Under the pieces are notes generated by a model. The model ran no database searches, had not been told where the DNA came from, and worked only from the letters and a program-made list of their open reading frames with translations. The position numbers and the translations under genes are program-made. From positions 96,001 through 160,000 of the forward strand of contig JBGARZ010000019.1 of the NCBI GenBank assembly GCA_044229975.1: 64,000 nt of DNA, written 5' to 3'. Below, piece by piece: positions 17,244 through 24,652 of this stretch (positions within the stretch are counted from its first letter, which is position 1; the number at the start of each line of letters is the position of its first letter). Source of the stretch: Polyangiales bacterium. Its GTDB lineage: Bacteria > Myxococcota_A > Polyangia > Polyangiales > Ga0077539.

Positions 17244-20200
17244 CTACTCCTGCCCGCGTCGCCGCCTGCGTCGCGTCGCGCCCATCGCCACCACCGCCAG
17301 CGTCATCCACAGCCCGCCGTTCGCTCCGTTGGGCGCCTGCGTCCTGCATCCGCAGCCGTCGCTTCCGCCCGGTGCCGTGCCGCCGTCCGCCACCGCGCCC
17401 GCGTCGTCCGTCGCGCCCGCGTCGTCGGTCGTGCCCGCGTCCGTCGTCCCGACATCCGTCGCGCCCGCGTCTGTCGTCCCGACGTCCGTCGTCGCCACGT
17501 CCGTCGCTGCGTCCACGGCCGCGTCCGTCGTGCCTGCGTCCGGGTCCTCCGACGGCCACATGAAAGTCCCCATCGCCGATCCCGTTCGGTCGGCCACGTC
17601 GCGCGCTTCGACCGTCACCGTCCACGCGCCCGGCGTGGTCACGGCCGCCCGCGCGTCCCAGGTGGTGTCGATCACCGCCACGGTGCCCGTGAGCGGCCCC
17701 GTCGTGCGGTACGCCTCCGTGCCCGAGGGCGACAGCACCCGCAGCGTGTAGCCGCGCAGGTCGGTCGCGTCGCGCGCCATCGCCGTGATCGCCACCTGCC
17801 GCGGCGAGAGCATCGGCACCGCGCGCACGTCCATCACCACGGGCGGGCTGCTGTCGACGATCTGCACCGGCGCCGTCAGCACGAGGTCCGCGCGCGCCGC
17901 GCCGGGCGCCTGGGCGCTGATCTCCACCACGTAGCGCAGGCCCGGCGTGAAGATGCCCGACGCGATCCAGGTGACCGTGGCCGCGCCCAACGCGTGCGTC
18001 ACCGGCGCCCACGGAACCACCGGCGAGCCGTTTACCGTCAGCACCCGCGCGCGGTACTCGCTGTTGCGCAGCGCCGACGGGTCGTCCCAGGCCGCGCCCA
18101 GCACCCGCACCGACTCCGAGGTCGTCACCGCCACGTCGGGCATCGGAATCGTCGCTACGCCGCCCGTCACCGACACCGCCACCACCCGCGGGTTGCGGAT
18201 CACCGGGTCTGTCGATGATCCCGCGAGCGCCGTGACGTAGCCGTCGCCGGTCGGAACCATCAACCCCAGCGACCCATCACCGTCGACGTCCGCCACGATG
18301 GGCGAGCCCACTGCCGTCTGGAAGTTGTACGAAAACTCCAGCGCCCCGGTCTCCGCCGCGAGCACGTAGAGGTACCCGTCGTCCGACCCCACGATGAACT
18401 CGTCGCGCAGGTCGCCGTCGATGTCCGCCGTCGCCGCGTCGCTCAACGCGCGACCGCCCGCGCAGTCTCCCGAGGACGTCCCCGTGACCGTGTCCGCCCG
18501 CCCGTTGCGCAAGCACCGCGCCCACCGCAGCGGGAGCGTCGCGTCGGTGCGCGTCGTCGGCTCCAGCGCGTAGAACACCCCGCTCGACGACCCGAAGCCG
18601 AAGCCCACCGGGTCGGTCGCGCCGTGTGCCGCGGGCATCGCGTACGAGGCCGCCGCGCCCGTCGCGACGAGCGTCCCTTCGGAGAACTCCGCGTGTGTCC
18701 ACGCCGCCACGCTGGTCGCCCGAGTCGCCGACGGGACCACGTTGTGCAGCGACGCACCCTGACCGCCGAAGAAGCCGATGCCCGAGAGCAGCGAGCGCGT
18801 GAGCGACAGGTCGAAGGTGCCAAACACCGGCCAGCCGTAGGCGATGCCGCGGGTGATGGTCGACCCTGGTGCCGTCACCGCGCGGTTGTCGCCCTGGTAG
18901 AGGAGCTGCGCCGCGCCCGCCGCGGTGCCGTCGCCCGTGCGCACGACGACGCCGGCGTTCATGGCGATGGCCACGTCGTCGCGGCCGTCGCCGTTGATGT
19001 CGGTGGTGGCGCCCGCGGCCGACCAGCAGCACGTCCCCTGTCCCGCCGTCTCCGGCGAGAACGAGTTGGCCCAGAGCAGCGGGTGGTTGCTGCCCGCCGC
19101 GCCGCGCCCGCTCACCACATTGAGAAACGACGACCCGCAGCAGGTGAGCTGCCCGTTGGAGAGCAGCCCGTCGAAGGAGACGGCGATGTCGGCGGTGCCG
19201 TCGCCGTTCACGTCACCGACGCTCGGGGGGTAGTGGTTGAAGCGGCCGTTGGGCGGCAGGGTGATCGGGTCGGAGCGCCACAGCTCCGTCGGGCCGAGCG
19301 CGTTGATGGCGGCAAAGTACGGGAGCGTACCAAGGTGATTGGCGACGATGACCCGCAGCGCCATGTCGTCGCCGCGCACCACGAGCGGGTACTGGGTCGT
19401 TCCGCCGAAGTAGCGCGCGGTCGCGGTGGGCGCGCGCACGAGGCTGGCGTCGTCGGTGGGCACCACGCTGAGGGCGCCGTCGCTCTCGGTGGTCACGAGG
19501 TCCATGCGCCGCGGGTTGGTGCCCGCGAGCTGGGCCGCCGCGATGCTCGCGATGAACCCGCCCGACGTCACCACGCCCATGTTGCCGATGGTGGTCGGGG
19601 GCGGTCCGAAGCGGAGGTTGAAGATCTTGAAGGTTCCGTCGCTGTCGCTCACCACGATGGCGTCGGGCGCCGTCAGTCGCGGCGCCGTGCGAGCGAGCCC
19701 GAGCGGTCGCGCCTGTCGTCCGCGCGCGAAGGAGTAGGTCGCCTGCGGGGCGCCCGTGACCGCGTCGACGAAGACCAGCCCGGTGGGTCGACCGACGGCC
19801 GTCGACGAGGGGTCGCCCTGGTAGAGCAGGAGCTGCCGACCCGTTCCCGATGGGATCAGCAGCGGGACGTTGGTGCGTGGCGTGAGGCCCGGCCGGTCGC
19901 GCTCGACGACGCCCGCGAGCCCGGCGTTGGGGACCTCCCAGAGCCGCGCGAGGGTTGTCCGCTCGGTGGCGCTGTCGAAGGTCACCCCGTAGGCCGAGAT
20001 GCTCGTCACCCGCGGCACGTCGTACTCGTTGCCCGCGCTCTGCGTGAGGATCTCGGGTCGCCCATCACCCGTCACGTCGACGGTGGCGAGCGCGACGCGG
20101 TCGGCGATCTCGGTGACGAGCACGCCGGTGATCGGGTTGTAGAGCGCCATGTGCCACCGCCTGACGCCCGCCGGGTCGTTGACGCCGTCGAGGTCGCTGC

Positions 20201-21356
20201 ACGTCGACGAAGGGAAGGCGCGCACCTCGCAGTCGTGCGAGTCGAAGACGTTGACCACGAGGTAGCCGGGCAGACCGTCGGCGGCGAGGTAGGGGCTCTC
20301 GGGGGAGGACACGTTGCGCGCATCCCCGACGCCCGCGGCGACACCACCAGCGCCGCGCGCGGCGTACACGACGCCCCACGAGCGGGAGGCGGTGGCGTCA
20401 GCGTCGACGAGGGCGAACTCACCGGGGCTCACCACGAAGGCCGCGTCGCGCGTGGCGCCGGGGAAGCGCACGGCCGCGGTGGCGAGCAGGCCCGTGATGA
20501 CCGGGGCGCCGTCGTGGGAGCCGTTGGGGAGGACGGTTCCGCGGAGGGCGGTGTCGTCGGCGCCAGAGTGGAGGCGGGTCGCGCCGGAGCCGATCTGTTG
20601 CACCGCGACGTCGAGGCGGGCGTCGCCGTTGTAGTCGCCGAGCCCGAGGTGCGGAAACCAGTGGGTGGACGGCGTCACGCCGACGGGGAAGCGCCAGGCG
20701 TCGACGGCGTCGGCGTAGGTTCCGGGGAAGGTGAAGGCGTGGACGATGGCCTCGCCACCGGACACGCGAAGCACGACGGCGGGGCGGCCGGCGGGGGTTC
20801 CGCTGCCGTCGGTGTTGAGGTCGGCGACGCGGGCGTTTTGCGCGTCGACGGACTGGCCGCGGTTGACGAGCTGCGCGGGGTCGTTGAAGTCCTCGCGCGA
20901 CCAGCGGACGGTGCCGTCGCGGCTGTCGACGAGGTAGACGCCCGCGGGCGGCCCCGAGCGCACCGCGACGATGACGGGGTACCCGAGTCCCGCGAGGTCG
21001 CGGAAGCCCACGATGGACGTGAGCCCGAGCGGAACGGAGTCCCACAGCACGCGGTCTTGCAGGTCGCGGGCGACGAGCTTGCCGCCGACGATGGCGACGA
21101 CCTCATCGACGCCATCGCCGTTGACGTCGGCCACCATGGCGGCCGCGGGCGCGACGTTGCCGCCGACGTAGTACGACCATCGCGTGCTGCGGGTGGCGTC
21201 GAGGCGGCCGGGGCCGGGCGCCCACCCGGTGCGCTGCGGGTCGCGGGCGCGCATGGGCCACGAGCCGGGGTCGGGGGTGGTGCCCTGGGCCGCGGCGGCG
21301 GTGGCGGCGAGCAGCGTGGCGAGGGCGAGCGCGACGTAGGACGGGCGACGGTTCAT
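17244..21356 (-). CDS. Large FG-GAP/VCBS-repeat surface protein with a MYXO-CTERM sorting signal
   Basis: Signal peptide; WPMRARDPQRTG; repeated DxNGDGxx(D/E) Ca-binding loops; Ig-like C-terminal domain; DAG repeats; tail GCGCRT...LWMTLAVVAMGATRRRRRR. Confidence 0.9.
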   Translation of the reverse strand: MNRRPSYVALALATLLAATAAAAQGTTPDPGSWPMRARDPQRTGWAPGPGRLDATRSTRWSYYVGGNVAPAAAMVADVNGDGVDEVVAIVGGKLVARDLQDRVLWDSVPLGLTSIVGFRDLAGLGYPVIVAVRSGPPAGVYLVDSRDGTVRWSREDFNDPAQLVNRGQSVDAQNARVADLNTDGSGTPAGRPAVVLRVSGGEAIVHAFTFPGTYADAVDAWRFPVGVTPSTHWFPHLGLGDYNGDARLDVAVQQIGSGATRLHSGADDTALRGTVLPNGSHDGAPVITGLLATAAVRFPGATRDAAFVVSPGEFALVDADATASRSWGVVYAARGAGGVAAGVGDARNVSSPESPYLAADGLPGYLVVNVFDSHDCEVRAFPSSTCSDLDGVNDPAGVRRWHMALYNPITGVLVTEIADRVALATVDVTGDGRPEILTQSAGNEYDVPRVTSISAYGVTFDSATERTTLARLWEVPNAGLAGVVERDRPGLTPRTNVPLLIPSGTGRQLLLYQGDPSSTAVGRPTGLVFVDAVTGAPQATYSFARGRQARPLGLARTAPRLTAPDAIVVSDSDGTFKIFNLRFGPPPTTIGNMGVVTSGGFIASIAAAQLAGTNPRRMDLVTTESDGALSVVPTDDASLVRAPTATARYFGGTTQYPLVVRGDDMALRVIVANHLGTLPYFAAINALGPTELWRSDPITLPPNGRFNHYPPSVGDVNGDGTADIAVSFDGLLSNGQLTCCGSSFLNVVSGRGAAGSNHPLLWANSFSPETAGQGTCCWSAAGATTDINGDGRDDVAIAMNAGVVVRTGDGTAAGAAQLLYQGDNRAVTAPGSTITRGIAYGWPVFGTFDLSLTRSLLSGIGFFGGQGASLHNVVPSATRATSVAAWTHAEFSEGTLVATGAAASYAMPAAHGATDPVGFGFGSSSGVFYALEPTTRTDATLPLRWARCLRNGRADTVTGTSSGDCAGGRALSDAATADIDGDLRDEFIVGSDDGYLYVLAAETGALEFSYNFQTAVGSPIVADVDGDGSLGLMVPTGDGYVTALAGSSTDPVIRNPRVVAVSVTGGVATIPMPDVAVTTSESVRVLGAAWDDPSALRNSEYRARVLTVNGSPVVPWAPVTHALGAATVTWIASGIFTPGLRYVVEISAQAPGAARADLVLTAPVQIVDSSPPVVMDVRAVPMLSPRQVAITAMARDATDLRGYTLRVLSPSGTEAYRTTGPLTGTVAVIDTTWDARAAVTTPGAWTVTVEARDVADRTGSAMGTFMWPSEDPDAGTTDAAVDAATDVATTDVGTTDAGATDVGTTDAGTTDDAGATDDAGAVADGGTAPGGSDGCGCRTQAPNGANGGLWMTLAVVAMGATRRRRRRGQE
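17391..17540 (-). repeat. Imperfect 12-18 bp tandem repeats encoding a D-A/V-G-x-T linker
   Basis: DAGTTDAAVDAATDVATTDVGTTDAGATDVGTTDAGTTDDAGATDDAGA. Confidence 0.8.
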
Positions 21357-21405
21357 GGCAGCGACGACAGAACACCACGCGCGCACGGCGGGCAACGGCC
21401 ATCGG

Positions 21406-22239
21406 TCAGGGCGTCGCGCCGGCCTGCTCCAGCTCCTCGGCGCCGTAGCCGGGTCCGCCCTCCTGACAGAGCGATCGCCCTTCGGCGTCGCAGCGGGTCG
21501 AGCGGTTGAGGCACGCTTCGAAGCACCCGGGGCCATGGTCGGTGCTGTCGCACGATCGGTAACATCGCAGGCACTCGGCCGCACAGCCGCCCTCGCGGTA
21601 GCGACGGATCAACCGCTGGCGGCACACCCGGTGTCGGGCGGCGCAGCCCGCGGTGAGGCAGTAGTCCCGGGCGTCGATGCAGGTCTGGAGACACCTCCCG
21701 CATCGGGTGGCACAGGCGTAGTGACACGCGGGCGTGGTGCAGGGCGCGCGGCACTCGGAGCACTCGGCGCGGCAGGTGGTGTCGCAGGTCTCGCAGGCGC
21801 CGCCGCAGGTGACGCGGCAGGGTGTCTCGACCTCGTCGAAGCACGGATCGACGGCGTGCGACTGCCGCGCGACCCAGGTGGCGCAGTGGAGGGGATCGCC
21901 GACCCCCGCCGCGTTGGGTGCCGGGGGTCGATAGCGACAGGTGGAGGCGAGGCGACGGATGGCGGCGTTGTCGGTCCAGGCAGTGGCCCAGTGACCGGGG
22001 ATCGGCCGTCGACGCATGTGCCAGCCAGGGGGCGCGTTGCCCTGCGGGATGGGCGGCAGACCGACCAGCATCGGGTGCGCCGGGCCCGTGTCGACGGGAG
22101 GGCGATCGACGGGGACGTCCATCGGCGGCGGCGGGACATCGATGACAGGGCGGGCGCGTGGCCCAGCGTCGGGAGGAGAGGGGATGGGGGCACACCCGAG
22201 GAGCGCGATGCTGACGATCCATCGGACGCGCGGGGTCAT
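21406..22239 (-). CDS. Cys-rich lipoprotein (CxxxC periodic)
   Basis: Lipobox LLGC; DAG/DVP linker; long runs of CxxxCxxxC. Confidence 0.8.
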   Translation of the reverse strand: MTPRVRWIVSIALLGCAPIPSPPDAGPRARPVIDVPPPPMDVPVDRPPVDTGPAHPMLVGLPPIPQGNAPPGWHMRRRPIPGHWATAWTDNAAIRRLASTCRYRPPAPNAAGVGDPLHCATWVARQSHAVDPCFDEVETPCRVTCGGACETCDTTCRAECSECRAPCTTPACHYACATRCGRCLQTCIDARDYCLTAGCAARHRVCRQRLIRRYREGGCAAECLRCYRSCDSTDHGPGCFEACLNRSTRCDAEGRSLCQEGGPGYGAEELEQAGATP

Positions 22240-22247
22240 CGCCCCTA

Positions 22248-22281
22248 ACGCTACGCGATTCGCCGCGATGATTGTCAACGC
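22248..22281 (-). promoter_or_regulatory. Promoter-like 34-bp direct repeat, copy A
   Basis: Minus strand GCG-TTGACA-N19-TAGCGT, 8 nt before the ATG at 22239; 31/34 identical to copy B. Confidence 0.7.
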
Positions 22282-22757
22282 AACGAAGCGCCGTCGAGCG
22301 TCTTCAGGAGTCGTTCGGGTGTGACGATGAGGGTGCGGTCCCGCCACGGGTCGCGCCCCGCCATGGCCAGGAGGAGCTTGTCCCGCGTGAGCAGCAGGTG
22401 CGCCCCGCCCTCCCACGCCAGCTCCAGAAACTTCTGGTCGTCGCGGTCCTTGCACCGCGGGAGTGCGGTCGCGGCGGCGGACGGTCCGTCGAGGCGCTCG
22501 GTGCGCGCGCGGTACTCGGAGGCGATCTCCGCGCGACGCGCAGGGGTGATGCCGAAGTCGGAGAAGGCGAGCACGCGGGTGAGCTCGTCGAGGCAGTCGT
22601 CGCGCGTGAGGAGGGCGGCGCGTCGTCGCTCCAACCAGGCCAGCAGTCCCAGCATCCGCGGGTGCCGGAAGTGCCAGAACGACAACACCACATGGGTGTC
22701 GAGCACCACGCGCAGGTCGACGTCGTCGGAGGGGAGAGCGAGGAGCGGGCTGCTCAC
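22275..22757 (-). CDS. PIN-domain protein (putative toxin-antitoxin toxin, PIN_3-like)
   Basis: RVVLDTHV, ELTRVL and CKDRDDQKFLELA...LLTRDKLLL motifs; GTG overlaps the upstream stop. Confidence 0.88.
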   Translation of the reverse strand: MSSPLLALPSDDVDLRVVLDTHVVLSFWHFRHPRMLGLLAWLERRRAALLTRDDCLDELTRVLAFSDFGITPARRAEIASEYRARTERLDGPSAAATALPRCKDRDDQKFLELAWEGGAHLLLTRDKLLLAMAGRDPWRDRTLIVTPERLLKTLDGASLR

Positions 22758-23347
22758 CGGCGGGTGTTGGCGTCGCAGGGCGCGCTCTCCGACGCGGGCA
22801 CGCGGCACGCCCCCACCTGCGTCGAGCAGCGGAACGTCGGGATGCGCGCACACCGCCCCGGCGCCGCCTCGTACGTGAACGACTCCACCGTCACCTCTCC
22901 ACCCTGCGGCGCGCACGGAAACGAGAGGTCATGGGACGCCTCGCACTGCTCGACGCTGCCCGCGGGGGGACACCACCGTTCGGGCGTGAAGAAGCAGAGC
23001 GGAGACGAGGGCGGCGCATAGAAGCCCGCGCGAACCCGCAGCCAGCCGGGGTGTTCGGGCGGCGAAGCGACCCCGGCGTCGGGGCAGTCGATGGAGAGGG
23101 CGGGCGGCGGGTTGCACATCACCCCGGGAGGACAACCGCCGACGGCCTGCCGGTAGTTGCAGCCACCAAGGGGCGACGCAAACACGGCCGACGGCGACAT
23201 GTTGGCTGGCGGCGGCGGCGGCGGTGGGGGCGTGGCTGCGTGATCGGTGGTCGGCGGATGGCGGGGCGGGTCGACGCTGCTGGTTCCGCGGCAGCCGACG
23301 AGGCCGCCGAGGGTGATGACGATGGAGGCCCGCAGTGGGTGCTTCAT
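22754..23347 (-). CDS. Cys/Pro-rich lipoprotein
   Basis: MKHPLRASIVITLGGLVGC lipobox; poly-Pro; CPPGVMCNPPP motif. Confidence 0.78.
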   Translation of the reverse strand: MKHPLRASIVITLGGLVGCRGTSSVDPPRHPPTTDHAATPPPPPPPPANMSPSAVFASPLGGCNYRQAVGGCPPGVMCNPPPALSIDCPDAGVASPPEHPGWLRVRAGFYAPPSSPLCFFTPERWCPPAGSVEQCEASHDLSFPCAPQGGEVTVESFTYEAAPGRCARIPTFRCSTQVGACRVPASESAPCDANTRR

Positions 23348-23354
23348 CCGACCG

Positions 23355-23388
23355 ACGCTACGCGATTCGCGTCGATGCTTGTCAACGC
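23355..23388 (-). promoter_or_regulatory. Promoter-like 34-bp direct repeat, copy B
   Basis: Minus strand GCG-TTGACA-N19-TAGCGT, 7 nt before the ATG at 23347. Confidence 0.7.
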
Positions 23389-23418
23389 GGCGGCCGTCGG
23401 GCTCTATCGCGCGCCCGT

Positions 23419-24633
23419 ATGGTCCGTCGCGCACCCGCCTCGATGCTTGTCCTCGCGCTGATGAGCTGTCGCGGCAGCGCCCGCCCCGACGCGGCGGTGG
23501 TCGCAGATGTGTTGCGGGTGGATGTTCAAACGGTGGACGCCGGGGTCGAGGCGGGCGTGGACGTTCCGGTCGTGGCGCCGCAGCGCCGCGTGGTGGTGAC
23601 GCTCACGGGTGATGTGATGCTGCACCGCGGGCTGCTGGAGAACTTCGACGACCACGCGCCCGAGACCGGCATGGCGTGGTCGCTCCACTGGCTGGCGTCG
23701 TTCATTGCGCCGCGCGAGGTGGCGCTCACGTGGCTGGACTCGCCGCTCACCGACGGGTTTCGTCCGCCGTTCGTGGGGGCTCCTCCGGCGCTGGGGGTTC
23801 CGCGGGCGCAGGCCCGGACCATCGCGCGCGACATGGCCCGCGTGGGCCTCGACGGGGTGTGCCTCGCGACGCACCACGCCTACGACCAGATGGGCGACGG
23901 GCTCGCGGAGACGGTGGCTGCGCTGCGCGGCGCCAACCTCGGCGTGGCGGGCGCGGGCGACTCGGAGGACGCCGCGTGGACACCGTGGGTGACCGAGCGC
24001 GAGGGCATCCGGGTGGCGTTTGTGTGCCTCACGCAGCGGGTGCTGATGGGGGCAGGGCGCAACGCGAGCCACACGGTGGTGGCGCAGTCGGCGGATGGTG
24101 CGCGGGCCCTGGCAGCGCTGGCCGCGGCGCGCACGCAGGCCGACGTGGTCGTAGCCGGCATCCAATGGAATCGAACGCCGTTTCGCGCGCTCGGAGAAGA
24201 CCAGCGGGCGTTGGCGCGGCAGCTCGTCGAAGCGGGCGCCGACGTGGTGGTCGGCACCGGGTCGGTGACGCAGGGGCGGGTCGAGCGGGTGACGTCGCCG
24301 CGGGGTGACGCGCTGATCGCGTGGTCGATGGGCTCGCTGCTCTCCAACTACGGGGCGCAGTGGCGGGGCTCGCAGGCGACGCCGCCGACCATCGAGCGGG
24401 TGCTGTGGGACCCGGCGACACGCGACGCGGCGCTGATGCGGGCGCAGTTCGAGGTGGGCGATGGGGGAAGGTTGTCGCTGGTGACGCTGACGGCCAACGC
24501 GCTGTGGATGCAGCACGGGGGCGACGGGGTGCGGGTGGTTCCGCTGCGGACGCTGGACGACGACGGGCTGCGGCGGCAACGGGCGGCGGCGGTGCGCGAG
24601 GCGCTGGGTCCGGCGGTGCGGGTGCGGGAGTAG
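23419..24633 (+). CDS. CapA/PGA_cap family metallophosphoesterase-like lipoprotein (degenerate)
   Basis: GDVMLHR, LATHHAYDQ, GAG, ADVVVAGIQW, EAGADVVVG and AWSMGS match the CapA layout; lipobox LMSC. Confidence 0.82.
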   Translation: MVRRAPASMLVLALMSCRGSARPDAAVVADVLRVDVQTVDAGVEAGVDVPVVAPQRRVVVTLTGDVMLHRGLLENFDDHAPETGMAWSLHWLASFIAPREVALTWLDSPLTDGFRPPFVGAPPALGVPRAQARTIARDMARVGLDGVCLATHHAYDQMGDGLAETVAALRGANLGVAGAGDSEDAAWTPWVTEREGIRVAFVCLTQRVLMGAGRNASHTVVAQSADGARALAALAAARTQADVVVAGIQWNRTPFRALGEDQRALARQLVEAGADVVVGTGSVTQGRVERVTSPRGDALIAWSMGSLLSNYGAQWRGSQATPPTIERVLWDPATRDAALMRAQFEVGDGGRLSLVTLTANALWMQHGGDGVRVVPLRTLDDDGLRRQRAAAVREALGPAVRVRE

Positions 24634-24652
24634 GGCGCGAGTCGCCCCGCGC

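Noticed and set aside
18624..21509. 961-aa plus-strand ORF, and similar long ORFs such as 10781-13186, 14988-16823, 34263-36731 and 39234-42098
   Set aside because: Antisense shadows of real genes. High GC suppresses stop codons, and the translations are R/G/A/V-rich with no motifs.
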